DNA of 64,000 nucleotides from a virus: IMG/VR virus record IMGVR_UViG_3300009152_000041, positions 1,901-65,900 of that record; one strand, 5' to 3'. Numbering within the stretch: position 1 is the first letter of the stretch; every line of letters begins with the position of its first letter. The position numbers and the translations under genes are program-made. Under the pieces are notes generated by a model, which ran no database searches, was not told the origin of the DNA, and worked only from the letters and a program-made list of their open reading frames with translations. Below, one piece after another: positions 42,893-54,747 of the stretch.

Positions 42893-45662
42893 CTCTAAGC
42901 AAACTAACTATTGCTTTTTCAACCTCTTCTTGCTGCATACCAACTGGCTTATACATATTTGCTGCTTTTGTATTTCCATTAACTAAAGAATTAATATATT
43001 TAATTATTTTTTCTTCGTTACTTAAATTTGCTATTTCCTCAGCGCTGGCTGGATTTGCAACAGTTGAGATTCTACCAAACTTATCCATTGATATTTCTTC
43101 GGATACTGCATCGGTTAGTCTTCTGAATCTGTCGCCCATTAAGTTGTCTGAGCCAAAAGTTCTTCTTATTGTAGCGTCATCTAAAACTGGTGCCATGAGT
43201 GCAAATTCTTGAGGTCCAGTTGGTTGACGCCATGCAAATGAAACTAACCTTCTATTGTTTTCACTATCTGTTACATAATGTAAATTTGTTATAAATTTGT
43301 CGTCCAAGTCAAAACCACCAGCAGATTCATATATACCCAATCCAGCAGCAGAAGCTCTATCTCCAACTATCATTTTATGTCCGCCTTCACCAGCAAATCT
43401 ATATCTAAACATATCTAACTCTTGCCCACCCTTTAAAGATATATTTGCTTTTGTAGAAAACTCAGCCCCAGCTTCACCTATTACTGGAGATTGACCAGCT
43501 GTTCCATATCTAAATTCTGTATCAATTGCGCTTCTATTGCTGAATGGTAAACTTGGTAATGATAAACTCTCAGTAACTTCTCTGCCATTAGCGCCTATTG
43601 TGCGATACTGTTTAGCAATGCCTCTGTAATGCTCCCTGGCCGATATATCTACTATTTGGTTTGCTAATTCAGGAATGTTTCTTGGATTTTCTCCACTTAA
43701 TAATCTGGACTGCAATTGCAGTGCGTTGTCTCTATATCTTGCTGCATTAGAATATGATTTAAAATGAAGATTTTCCCAATCATCAACATTTATAGATGCC
43801 GCTCTGTCTATACTTCTTTTAACTCTAGATGTTATAGTTCCACTAGTTTTAAATTGTTCTAAATCAGATTCAAGGAATTGTCTAGTTTTTCTTACTTCTT
43901 TTGCTAATTGAGATCCATAAACTTCACGATGGAATATTAAACCTTGTAAGTCGGCAACGACTGCTTCATTAGGGCGACCAGAAAACATAGACATTGTTAC
44001 GGCTTGTCCAGCGCCAGGACTTAATCCTTGAGCTGCTGCTCTACCAAGTGTTACTTCACCTTTTAAAAGCTCATTTGAGCCAGCTCCAATATACCCAAGT
44101 TTAGCTAAAGCTCTAGTTACGTCTGTATCCATTATATCCGCTACTGCTTTTGCTTGACCTATATCTCCTTCCATTAACACTCTCAAAGTTTGATCATCTA
44201 AAGATTTTATTTTTCCAGATGGATCAACAAATTGAGATAGTTGTTTTTTCCATTCTGTAACGCTAGCTTTTAATTTTTGCGCAGATGCTGGATCAAGACT
44301 AGACATTCTTTCTGGCAGCAGCTGCGCTTGAGCGTTGTCTATTTTTGCTGTTAATTCTTCTGCGTGGTGTCTAAAGAAATCAACGCCCATTACTGACGAA
44401 CCGTCTGTTATTCTTTTCATTTCATCAAATGAAGTTGCCATTCTTCGATATACAGCTCTATCTGCATCTGATAGTGTAGTGTCTTTAGCTTTTTCTGAAA
44501 TTAAACTAGTTAAGTCTTTAAGCCTAAATGGATTTCCTTCTGTTCTAGACTTTTCAAATGATTGTCTAACTAATTGACCAAACTTTTCATAATTTTCCTC
44601 ACCACCCATGTAGGCTTTCAATGTTCCAGATAGATAATCTTGGGACAATGAACCCATTATTATATTAGTACCTTGGCGCTGTCTTTGCATTGCTAATCGT
44701 TCAACTGGATCACTTATTGATTTCAATAAACTATCCGTGTATTCTGATTCTAAGCCAAATCCTTTTAGGACTGTTTCTAGTCTACCATCATAGGTTAACC
44801 AACTTTGACTCAATGTCATTGGAGAAGCTCCAGCAAACTCCTCTGTCATCTCTGTACCTATTCTATTCAAAATTGTATCAACATCATCTTGACCAACTAC
44901 AAAGTTTCTACCACTAGTAGATGCTGTTATTCTTTTATCTGATTTTTGAAAAAATGATCCAACTTTAAATTCTGCTGGAGTATCAAGATCTGGATCAAAG
45001 GCTTTTACTATTGCTGATGGATTAAAGAATCCAGCTTTATATCTATTGGTTAAAGATATAGCCTCTTCGCCAGTTAAGTACGCATACTTACCAGGTTCAG
45101 TCTCATACCTAAAACTAAGCATTGTTGCGCTTCCGTCTCTTACTGAAACTAATCCTGGTGCTAAATCGTTTTCCCCTACTTTGTGCCCCATTAGTGCAGC
45201 AATATTATCAAATGCTCCACGAGTACTTTCGTCTACTCCAGAAAAATTAAATTTGACCATTTCCAATTGCTTACCAGCTGGTATAAAATCAAGATCACTA
45301 CTTCTAGTTCCTGATAGCCCAAAGTTAATATTAGAAATCATTTCACTAAGAACTTTATTTTCTTCTAAAGCTGGAAAATCTATTCCTGGAATACCAGTAA
45401 ATACTGCCATTTCTTCTGCTCGCGTAGCTCTTATATTAGATAGCGCTTCTCTTACTGTAGATCCAGCGACCTCTCCAGTAATGCTAGAAAGTAGCTCATT
45501 GCCTGGACCTAATCTAGCAAGACCTTTTTGTACTACATCTGAGCTTTCTAATAACGCTCGCGATAAATGTCTACTCTCTTTTCCAACAAATGACATTGGA
45601 TTTGCCCTATAAGGACCATAAGCCAAATCTCTAAGTCTTTGATAGTCTGAAACTTTAGCCAT
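42864..45662 (-). CDS. large virion-associated protein, 932 aa
   Basis: Long ORF, overlaps adjacent genes by 1 and 29 nt. Confidence 0.7.
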   Translation of the reverse strand: MAKVSDYQRLRDLAYGPYRANPMSFVGKESRHLSRALLESSDVVQKGLARLGPGNELLSSITGEVAGSTVREALSNIRATRAEEMAVFTGIPGIDFPALEENKVLSEMISNINFGLSGTRSSDLDFIPAGKQLEMVKFNFSGVDESTRGAFDNIAALMGHKVGENDLAPGLVSVRDGSATMLSFRYETEPGKYAYLTGEEAISLTNRYKAGFFNPSAIVKAFDPDLDTPAEFKVGSFFQKSDKRITASTSGRNFVVGQDDVDTILNRIGTEMTEEFAGASPMTLSQSWLTYDGRLETVLKGFGLESEYTDSLLKSISDPVERLAMQRQRQGTNIIMGSLSQDYLSGTLKAYMGGEENYEKFGQLVRQSFEKSRTEGNPFRLKDLTSLISEKAKDTTLSDADRAVYRRMATSFDEMKRITDGSSVMGVDFFRHHAEELTAKIDNAQAQLLPERMSSLDPASAQKLKASVTEWKKQLSQFVDPSGKIKSLDDQTLRVLMEGDIGQAKAVADIMDTDVTRALAKLGYIGAGSNELLKGEVTLGRAAAQGLSPGAGQAVTMSMFSGRPNEAVVADLQGLIFHREVYGSQLAKEVRKTRQFLESDLEQFKTSGTITSRVKRSIDRAASINVDDWENLHFKSYSNAARYRDNALQLQSRLLSGENPRNIPELANQIVDISAREHYRGIAKQYRTIGANGREVTESLSLPSLPFSNRSAIDTEFRYGTAGQSPVIGEAGAEFSTKANISLKGGQELDMFRYRFAGEGGHKMIVGDRASAAGLGIYESAGGFDLDDKFITNLHYVTDSENNRRLVSFAWRQPTGPQEFALMAPVLDDATIRRTFGSDNLMGDRFRRLTDAVSEEISMDKFGRISTVANPASAEEIANLSNEEKIIKYINSLVNGNTKAANMYKPVGMQQEEVEKAIVSLLRVGEGGKERI

Positions 45663-48600
45663 TATCTAACTCCAGCCATAATATTTACAGAACCAGGATT
45701 AGTGTTATTCATAGTTGGAGATATGTTTCCATTTATTCCCATATCAAACATAAGTCTTTGTAATTTAGATCTAACATCTTCTGCAGAAGAATTACTTTGC
45801 CCAAACTTTGGGTAACTAGGATTAACCAAGTTTGCTTCTTTTACTTGTTGTGGGAAGAAACCCATTTGTGACATTTCAAGACCCATTGACTGACCCATTT
45901 TTATCTTTACGTGTTCCATATTTGTATTTGGATGCCATATTTCAGAACCAGCAGCAGGTAGTTCATGCCTAGTGAAGTAATTAACCAAATCTGGTTTTCT
46001 CTCTACCGGCATACCCCAAGCGGCTTCGTAAATTCTTCTTTCTAATCTTCCAGCAGTAGAAAGTATCCTTCCTCTTTCTTCTTCTGGAGCTTCGATCATT
46101 GCTTTAAAGTGATCTCTTTTTCTTTTAGGAATTGATGCTGCTAATTGGCTAATTGATTTACTGTCTAAATCTGCTCCATACATTGTTCTTTTACTTGCAG
46201 CCATAAACTGTTTAGCAGATTCTATGTCGCCAATTCTTTCAGCTCTTGATGCGGCTGTTCTGTTTTTAACATAAGTTAAAATATCTGTATATTCTTCGAG
46301 TGCTAATTCTTTCTTTCTTTGTAAAGGTATGAATCTTTCTCTTTGACCACTAGGACCTATTGGTCTGGTTTGCTCTTTTGCTTTTCTAAAAGCAGAATAA
46401 CCACCTACTGTAGTTGCACCGAATGCAGCTAAGCCCTTTATCATTCTTCTAGAGTTACCAAAAGCTCCAAAGGCTATAGCTCCAACACCAGCAGCTATAA
46501 GAGGATTTCTTTGTGTACCTTTTGCATAAATTGGTTTAATAAAGCTTTCAACTGGTCTTTGCCATTCCGGAAATGTGGAACCATAAACGTTTCTTCTTTC
46601 CCAATCTTCGGTAGCGGTTCTTTCTCCAAAAAATTTATTATTAATAAAGTTGTCAGTGTGTCTAAGTTTATTGGTTATAGTTGAAAAAGGATTTAAAACT
46701 TTTTTAGCAGTGGAGGAATTGTCGTAGGGACTAAAGCCAGTCTTACTATCTTCTATTGCATTTAATTGGGCTCTAATCTTACCAACTTTAGCTATCTCTT
46801 GTTCCGAGAGACCTATTTTATCTATACTTCTATTAAGGGCTCTAAACTCTTTTGAATATGGCGCGACATCAGCCAATATATCTAATTGATTAACTGCACC
46901 ATATCTTCCATTTTTATCAGAATATAATTTATTAAATCTTTCATAGCCAACACCAGGTAACCTTAGTTCACCTTCTTTTACTTTTGTAAAAGGATCACCT
47001 GTAGTAAAGTCTATAAAGTTATCATTTCCTGGAAGGAATGTATTTTCTCTTCCCATCCTATTTTTAATAGGGTTAATAAAATTAACATTTGTTCTTTCTT
47101 TTGGAACAAATCTTCTTACAACTTCAGATATTTCTATATTACCTAACGCGCCATCAGACTGAAGAGGTAAGTCACCTAAACCTCCAATGTTAAGATCCCA
47201 GAAAGCTCTAGTTGAACCATAAGCTTTGGAGGCTGATTGAAGTACTGATTTATTTGGTTCAAAGTCATACTCTCCAAGACCTAAACCTTTTCTAATATTA
47301 CCAGCTGCAAAACCATAGATACCAAGAGTTTCCTGAAGTCTATATCCAGCTTCACCGCCTAAATATTTTCCACTAGTAGTTCTAATAGGCAACCCAGCGT
47401 TGACAATCTTTGCTGGCATTATTCCAGGTCCAGCTGGAGGACCATATACTATACCCTGGCCGTTGATTGCTGATTGATTCATACTGCTAGCAGCAGCTCT
47501 TACCATACCCGCTGCTGTATTGGTTGAACCAGATTGTTGAGAAAGATTACGATTTGAATTAGCTATTAAACCATTTCCGCCACTAACACTTGCTATGTTA
47601 GATGGTATTGGCCCTGGCATTGCGTTGACTGGGGAAATAAACTTTAATGGTTTCCCACCAAACTTACTTGGTTGAACTGCTGCGTAACTTATATTTGGAT
47701 CTTGATTTCCAACAACGCCAGTATAACCCCTTTGTTCTTGCGGCATGTAAGCTCCACCGGCTCCAACAGGTGAATAAGAAGCTAGTCCAGCAAGAACTTC
47801 TTGTTCATGCATTCTCTTTTGCGGTTTAAGTATTTTACCTACAGTAGCGTTAAGTATTGGTACAGCTATACCAAATGGACCAGAAAAATATTCTCCAGTT
47901 ATTGGATATGGCCTATCTTCGTAATGTTTTCTTTCAAATCTATATGGATCAATTGGCCTTAGTGGAGAAAAGTCATTATAGAACATCAACTTTTCCATTG
48001 GACTTCCGTAAGTGTCGGAAGTGAACATTGCTCCACCCTGGAACCTTCTATACCAAGAAGGTCTAAAGTACTCTATTTTTCCACCTTCAAATTTTGTTGT
48101 GCCTAAAGACCAGAATCTACCTTTTCTTATAGCTACTTCTCCATGAAGCATCTGCTCTTTCTTTTGGCGATACGTCATTCCACCTGGAGTTAAACCAGCT
48201 AATGCAGATTGAGCTTCTACACCAGCTCTAGCTACTCCTCCAAGCAACATTGGAGAATATACTCTTTCACCTCTGTCGTCTTTCTTATTAGCGTAACCAC
48301 CAGCTGTTCTATCTACAGCTAAAACTGTTGCTCCAATTGCTACAGCTGGAAGAACTCTTTCAGCGTTCATTCCTCTCATGTATAAATCTAATGGACCATA
48401 AAAATGGTCTGCGTCTAATTTTGCGCCAACTGAACCAAAGAATTTATTTAATCTATTAAAACCATGAGAAACTGGAACCGAAGCTAAAGAAAAACCTTTT
48501 TCATTTCCATAAGTATGCACACCAGATGCGCTTAAGAATGCCGCTTTTCTTCCACCTTCTCTTTCTGCTGCGGTTGAAAAAGTTGGTATATAACTAAAGC

Positions 48601-51600
48601 CTGCATCTTTTTGACCAGAAAATGCAGATACTTTTGCTTCTGGAACGTACTTGCCCATTCCAAAGTTTTTCTTAAAATAAGGATGAATTTTGCCTAATGG
48701 GTTTAAAGAACTTGTGGAAGCACTTACTGAAGTTCCAGAAGTAAATGGATCTAATGAAGATGAAACTGTTCCATGGTTTAATATTTCTCTAGATCTTAAA
48801 AATCTCTCTAACGGATTTCCTATTACTCCGTTCTTAACCCCTCTTCCAAATTGATAAGTTTCAAAAGCTCCTAAGTTAAATATATTTCCAGCAACTGCAG
48901 CTTGTGCTTCTGCCTTTTCTGAACTTGATATTACTCCCTTAGAAACTAAATCATCAATTGCGCCAATTACTTCTTGTATCGTTGACGCGCTGTCTGGCGC
49001 GTTGAGACCGTGTCTTTGTGTAAGATATCTTATAACTTCAGATCTATATTCATCAGCTCTAGAAACAATACTTGATGAATGTTCGAACATTTGAGATTGA
49101 GCAGAAAAGTCATTTATGCCTTCAAATTTTCTTAATCTACTAAATGCTTTTCTAGTACTCTTGTATGCTTCTTGTGCTTGTTTGTCGTGTCCAGCGGCTT
49201 TAAATAGATTTTCTAGATCTTTTTCAAACATCTTATTAACGCTGCGCACACCGACTACATCACTAACGCCCATAATTGCACTATTTAGATCTGCACTATT
49301 TAAAGAAGTGGCTTTTCCTAGTGCACTATTGTCTAATAAGTGTTGTGCAACTTTTCTACTTGTTCCAAAGTTTGTTGTAGTGTTAGCAAATCTAGTAAAT
49401 GATTCCATTAATTGACTATGATTTGCTATTAGTTTATCTGTTTCGTGATCAAATAAACTAAATGCTTCTGTTTTAGCATCCTGTCTGAGAACTAATTTTT
49501 TAGATTTACCAACTCCGCCAATCGTAAATGGTGTATCTAATTCACTCTTTAATAAACCGCCCATCACGGCTTCGTTATTTATATCAGCTTGTCTATTTAC
49601 TAACCTGCCAAAAAATCTAAATAAAGAATTTTCTTGTTCGGTATCGTAATCTAATCTTTCTTTTACTTTGCCTAAAAATCCTGTTGCCGTACGTGATTGT
49701 GTAACTCTTTTTCCAGCTGCTAGTTCAGCTGTAGTTGCAATCATTCCAGAAGAATTTACTGGAAGTGGTCTATAAGACCCTGCCATTGCTTGTGCTGTAA
49801 CGGGACCTTCAGCTGTAGCAGTGTGTGCAAAAAGTTTTCCTTTTGTTCCTAAAAATCCCCCAGTGCTATGCCAAGTGTAGAAGTCAGCTTCAGCTCCATC
49901 TAAGAATGGATGCATTGCCCTACCTGGTGTTAGCTGAAAACTTCCAGCTTTAGACATTCCAATGAAGTCTTTGAGACCAAACATCTGCAATGGGTTTACG
50001 TTAATTACTGGAATTTTTGTTTCAGTTCCAATAACTTCTAAAGCTTTTCTAGCTCCAGTTTTAATTGGGTTAAAGTTTACTGTAGTTCCACCAATGTTAA
50101 AATAGCCTCTAACATCACTTAATGTTTGGCCGTGTCTTTCAAGAGCACCTATTCCAAGCGTTCTAACTAATTCTGCTTTTTTTCCAACTATTAGATTTTG
50201 AGTTGCAGTAGATGAACCAGCGCCTTTTCCTAAAACGCTAGTTAATCTTCCATGAATTTTTTCTTCTTGATCTAAGAAACTATCAAGCTTTAACCCAGAA
50301 AGACCAAAGAATCCCGCTATGCCAGAACTAGATGTTTCTTTCATTGCGTTATTATTTATTAAGTAAGCTCTTAATTGCGCTGGATTATTAGGATCTATTC
50401 CTCTTAATCTTAGTTCGTTAAATATACTTTCTTGAGTACCATTGGTGTTGATTCCTAAAATATTTGCTGCGCGTGTTGTCAAAGTTCTTTGCGCTTGAGC
50501 CCCATTGTTTTCTGTAAAAGATTTATTTAAAAAATCTCCTCTAAATAATTTTGCTGGTGACAACACTGATGTAGAAGCAGCGTCTTGAAAAGCGCCTCCA
50601 ATAGAGTTTCTATAAGCATCGATTGCTAAATCATCTGCGCCAAGCAAAGGATTCTGCATAAACAATTGATCGACCGATCCAATTGATCCAGATAATTGAT
50701 CTCCAGTTATTGATATGTTACGTCCAGAAGCAACTTTGCTTGAGTTAAACCTATCTATAATGTCTTGAAAAAATGTTTCACCATTTTGCAATCTTTCGCT
50801 ACCAGCAATAGAAATTCTGTTAACTGGAGCAACTGGTAAATAATTACCATTAAGGTCGGTCTTTACGGCTCTTTCGGATATATCTAAATTATTTGTAAAG
50901 AATTTTGCCGCCTTCTTATCCATCCCATGGTCTGTAACTAAAGATTGAGTTAATCTATCTTTATACTCTTTTTGATGAAGTAGGTAAGAAATATTTTCTT
51001 TACTTGTTTGTTTATTATATTGTTGAACTAAATTAGATAGTGGTGAAGTTCTTCTAAGTTGAATCTTGTCTATTGATGATCTTATTATTTCGTTTACTGG
51101 TTGGTCAGAAGAATTAACACCTAGTTTATTTACCCTTCTAATATCATCTTTGATTACATTGAATCTTGAGTTTAGATTGTTTGTATCAATAATTTCTTGT
51201 GCGTAACCTAAGTTTTTATATTCTTTATAACCTTGTATTAAACCTTGCCTTACGGCTTTATAACCAGGTATAAGTTCAAGTAAATCTCGATTTTGAGTAA
51301 TGCCTACATTGTTCTTATTGTAAATGTCTCTAGCTAAATTTGTTCCAGTTTTTAACCTAGAAGATACTGTTGCTGGTGCGGTTACAGCTCCATGTCTTTG
51401 TCTGTACAAAGTTCCAACTGGATTATTATCAGTTCCACTTGCCCCTAAGAATGCGGATGCTAAAGCACCTGAAGATCTTTCTCCAAATTTAACACTCTTA
51501 TCAAATACAGAAGCTAAATCATGACCAACTTCTTGAAGGGCACCTTGTAGGTTTAATCCTCTTCTAAATATTTGTTCTTTAAAATTACCTACAGTTTGTG

Positions 51601-52446
51601 CTGCTCCGCGTTCAACTTGATCTTGTATTCTTTGTTCTGCGGTTTTAAAGAAATTTATTGAACTACCTTTTGCTGCGCCTGCTGCAGCAGCAGGTAGCAT
51701 AAAGCCACCCATTTGAAATAGTGTTGTTTTAGCTAAGTCTTTGGCTAGGTCTATTCCCCTAGTTGGGTCATACCATTTCTTTTTTGGGCCACCATCTTCC
51801 TCTGCGCCACCAAATAAAGGCTTAGTTATAAATTTATCTGCTGCGTAAAAAGCTGGAACTTCATAAGGAAGTCTTCTAGCCTGTCTAACTAACCTTTGCT
51901 GGAAATCATCACGCCATGCCCACTTGCCTACTTTAGATAAACTACCTCTGCTTACAACAGAATCAATGCCCTCTCTCTCAAAAGAATACCCTGCATTGAC
52001 TACGCTTTTTGCGCCGTCGTAACCAGTTTCATACATGCCTTTTACGGATGTACCATTTACAACTGATTCAAATACTAAACTCTTTCTTCCAGCTGCACTT
52101 CTAGATACACCTTCTAGCTCATCTAGAATGGACCTCATCTTTAAGAGTCCACTGTGTGCTTTTGTTATAGCACTTGTTCTTCCAGCAGCCTCTATTTCCC
52201 CAGCGGCTTGCGTTAACTTATATCCGAAGCTTTAGTCCCTGACCTCTAACTAACTTACCTGCAACTGTTGCAGCAACTCCTGTTGCAACTAGGGCAGCGC
52301 CCATCTTTAGCATTGGGTTGCCATCTAGAGCTCTTGATACAAAACCAGAGTCTGGGCTTAAACCATTTTCTTGATTTTGTCCGACCAAGATCTCGGGAGG
52401 TTACATTGTGACCAATATTGTGAATTGGTCCATTGTCTCTTAACAT
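45662..52446 (-). CDS. giant protein, tape-measure candidate, about 2260 aa, requiring two +1 frameshifts (CGG 52381-52383 and CGG 52224-52226)
   Basis: MLRDNGPIHNIGHNVTSRDLG-CGGA-QNQENGLSPDSGFVSRALDGNPMLKMGAALVATGVAATVAGKLVRGQGLKL-CGGA-YKLTQAAGEIEAAGRTSAITKAHSGLLK-MRSILDELEG...; follows chaperone-like genes; hydrophobic segments. Confidence 0.75.
52224..52226 (-). other. +1 frameshift site: CTT CGG A
   Basis: Zero frame CTT CGG ATA TAA; +1 frame has no start codon until ATG 52138 and is open for 2187 codons. Confidence 0.8.
52381..52383 (-). other. +1 frameshift site: GGT CGG A
   Basis: Codon 22 is CGG. Zero frame continues 41 codons as a Cys/Arg/Trp-rich sequence; +1 frame gives QNQENGLSPDSGFVSRALDG... 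and leads into the next site. Confidence 0.8.
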
Positions 52447-52462
52447 TTTTCACCCCCTTATT

Positions 52463-53096
52463 TTATCTACCCATACCCCAAAGTTTTTGAGCAATGGGGT
52501 CACTATATGTTGCTGATCCCTCTAACTTAGAAGCATTGTGTCTTGCAGCTGATTGAGCTTCTTTTTGTTTTTCTTCTTCAGGATCTATTAAGGTTAGAGT
52601 TACATCCGTAGATTCTATTCCAGCTATAGCCTGTTTAACTTCGATGATCCTTTCAGCTAGTGCAACCCTTTCAGCCAATTGAGAGTAGGTCAAACCGTCT
52701 AAAAACTCTGGAGTATCTGTATGTATAGTAGCTAGAACAAAGGCTTTCATTAAGCCTCTAACTTGATTAGCTATTTTTCTTTTTTCGTCTAAAACCCTTT
52801 TAGCTATACGGGCAGAAGAAAAACCTGAAAAAGTTATAATCTGTTCTGCTAAAGCTGTGATAGCTCCAGGGGGAAATTTATTAAGGTCAAAATCTAACGG
52901 ATAAACTACGGCTGATTTAATAATCTCATCTTCTGCGTCTGCTGAAGATAATTCAGGGTCGTTTTTATATGCAGCAATCTTATCAAATTCAGCAAACGTT
53001 AGTTCTTTAAATACTACTTCAATTCCGTTTAATTTCGGCTTGAAATATTAGACCATGTTTTTGTTTAAGTTCAAACAGTATTCCTGCATCTAACAT
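52463..53096 (-). CDS. tail assembly chaperone-like second protein, about 210 aa, via +1 frameshift at CGG 53025-53027
   Basis: MLDAGILFELKQKHGLIFQAEIK-CGGA-IEVVFKELTFAEFDKIAAYKNDPELSSADAEDEIIKSAVVYPLDFDLNKFPPGAITALAEQIITFSGFSSARIAKRVLDEKRKIANQVRGLMKAFVLATIH...; position between tube and tape-measure genes. Confidence 0.75.
53025..53027 (-). other. +1 frameshift site: AAA CGG A
   Basis: Zero frame AAA CGG AAT TGA; +1 frame has no ATG/GTG/TTG until 52750 and is open for 187 codons. Confidence 0.85.
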
Positions 53097-53097
53097 C

Positions 53098-53646
53098 TTA
53101 GAGCTGTCTTACCTCTAGTGCTACGAATCCAGAAGCTTCCAAAACTTCTTGAGAGATCAATGATGGAAGTCCAGCCATTTCTGCAGTAAGGGAATTCTTG
53201 TCATAAGATGGGAAGAGTATACACAGTTCTGCGATTGCTTCTTCGTTCCACATGTTGGCTTCTGCGTTTGACAGCTGACCAGCAGCTACTAATTGCTCCA
53301 TTTTCTTAACAAGTTGCTTGTATTCAAGTCTGGTTAAAACTCTCCAAACAATGTGCTTATCAAAAGAAATGGAAGTTACATAAACTTCTCCATGTGTTTT
53401 CTTCCAAGCCTTAACTGAACCTGCTGTTGGACCGTTATCAAAGATAACTTGATCGTCAGCCAACTCTTCTACAGTTGTAGCTTCAGAAGGGTCTATACCT
53501 GCGTAGGGAACGTCTTCAACGTCTTTAATCACAATATCACCCTCAACTACATTTTCTGTTTCTACAAAAACTTCAGCGCTATCAGCTGAGAACTTTTCAG
53601 CTGCTTCGCCATCTTTTCTAATAACCACTTTTCTATTCTCGGACAT
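53098..53646 (-). CDS. putative tail assembly chaperone-like protein, 182 aa
   Basis: Location immediately downstream of tube genes and upstream of the long tape-measure candidate; stop overlaps next gene region (TAAGATG). Confidence 0.55.
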   Translation of the reverse strand: MSENRKVVIRKDGEAAEKFSADSAEVFVETENVVEGDIVIKDVEDVPYAGIDPSEATTVEELADDQVIFDNGPTAGSVKAWKKTHGEVYVTSISFDKHIVWRVLTRLEYKQLVKKMEQLVAAGQLSNAEANMWNEEAIAELCILFPSYDKNSLTAEMAGLPSLISQEVLEASGFVALEVRQL

Positions 53647-53700
53647 TGTTTCTCCTTATATTGTTTCAAGTTACATTATATCATATCTATATTAAAATTA

Positions 53701-54738
53701 TTATCTTGGTAGAGTACTATCGGTCCTGTTAACCAAAGGGCTCTCAACCACTGATTTTGTAGCATTAGAAGCCTGTGGCTCTGTTGTAACGAAGGTCTTA
53801 CCGGTATATGGGTTAAAGCCAGATTCTGCTTCTGTCATGTAAAAGTCTCTCGCCACAAAGCTATAGGTCTCTATCAAAGGAGATCCTCCACTTTGATATT
53901 CTGTGCTCATTTGCATTAGATGCACATTTTGTAAAACAATCTTCATTGGGGTTTTGTTATCAGCCATCTTAACTTTTCGCTCATTTATATCAGTAGATAT
54001 TATCCTGTCCAAGTTGTCTCTCTGCTCTATAGAGGCCGTAGAAGCGTTCTCCGTGACTCCTACGGGGCTTAAACTGGATTCCTCTACCCCATAGACTATA
54101 ACGAAGTTAAATGGAGGATGAGCGCTAAAGATGTTATGTTGGCCATCTGCTGAAGATGTGCTTATTGCTGGATCAGTAGTTATTCTATCTAGCTGACTAT
54201 TGGCCCAATATTTTTGTATATTTTCTTCATCTGTTCTTGATTCATTTTGTGATCTTAAAACAGATACGACTCCAGAGTTATCAGATTTACCCGATGCAGA
54301 GAAGCTTCTAACTCTTGCTGCCTCCTCTAGAAGGTGTGTCATCCTTCTAGGGTATCTTGAGTATAAGGAAAACTGACCAGTTATTATTCTCGATCCATTC
54401 ATCATGGCATCAAAGTTGTATGACCAGAATCCATAGACTGCTTGCTTTTCTTGTTTAATTAAAAAACCAAATCCAGCTATATCTAGTTCATCTTTTGGAT
54501 CGAACAAACCATCGATATATACTTTTACATCTTCACCGGAGAAAAAGTAATCATAATAATTACTAAAACGAGGATCTCCAGTAGTTTTGCCACCAGCCCA
54601 ATAAAGATCTAACTCTGCACTAAGAGGATCAAATGTTCCATTCTTGTTTCCTAGACCAGGATTAGTTGAGACGGTATCCTGATATGGAATATAGCCACTA
54701 AATGGTCTATATGGAACAGCTCTATATGGACTTGTCAT
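53701..54738 (-). CDS. tube-like structural paralogue, 345 aa
   Basis: Shares 'G.xxITGxFSLY..YP..MTHLL', 'PPFNFVIVYG' and 'L.NVHL...STEY..GGSPLIETYSFVARDF' architecture with the next two proteins. Confidence 0.6.
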   Translation of the reverse strand: MTSPYRAVPYRPFSGYIPYQDTVSTNPGLGNKNGTFDPLSAELDLYWAGGKTTGDPRFSNYYDYFFSGEDVKVYIDGLFDPKDELDIAGFGFLIKQEKQAVYGFWSYNFDAMMNGSRIITGQFSLYSRYPRRMTHLLEEAARVRSFSASGKSDNSGVVSVLRSQNESRTDEENIQKYWANSQLDRITTDPAISTSSADGQHNIFSAHPPFNFVIVYGVEESSLSPVGVTENASTASIEQRDNLDRIISTDINERKVKMADNKTPMKIVLQNVHLMQMSTEYQSGGSPLIETYSFVARDFYMTEAESGFNPYTGKTFVTTEPQASNATKSVVESPLVNRTDSTLPR

Positions 54739-54747
54739 ACTTAAACC

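Noticed and set aside
45046-45612. 188-aa plus-strand ORF and the other plus-strand ORFs in the track
   Set aside because: They lie antisense within clearly coding minus-strand genes, have no recognisable domains and look like codon-bias shadows.
52255-52380. Cys-rich C-terminal part of the 63-aa ORF (CPSCNRSCCNSC) as a zinc-binding peptide
   Set aside because: It is the zero-frame readthrough after CGG at 52381; the overlapping +1 frame encodes a coherent hydrophobic segment continuing into the giant protein.
52463-53646. Classical -1 tail-chaperone frameshift between the 182-aa ORF and the downstream ORF
   Set aside because: In the -1 frame after the 182-aa ORF there are stops (TAG, TAA) before the downstream coding segment, so a direct -1 fusion would not reach it. 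The ATG at 53096 plus the CGG +1 shift does.
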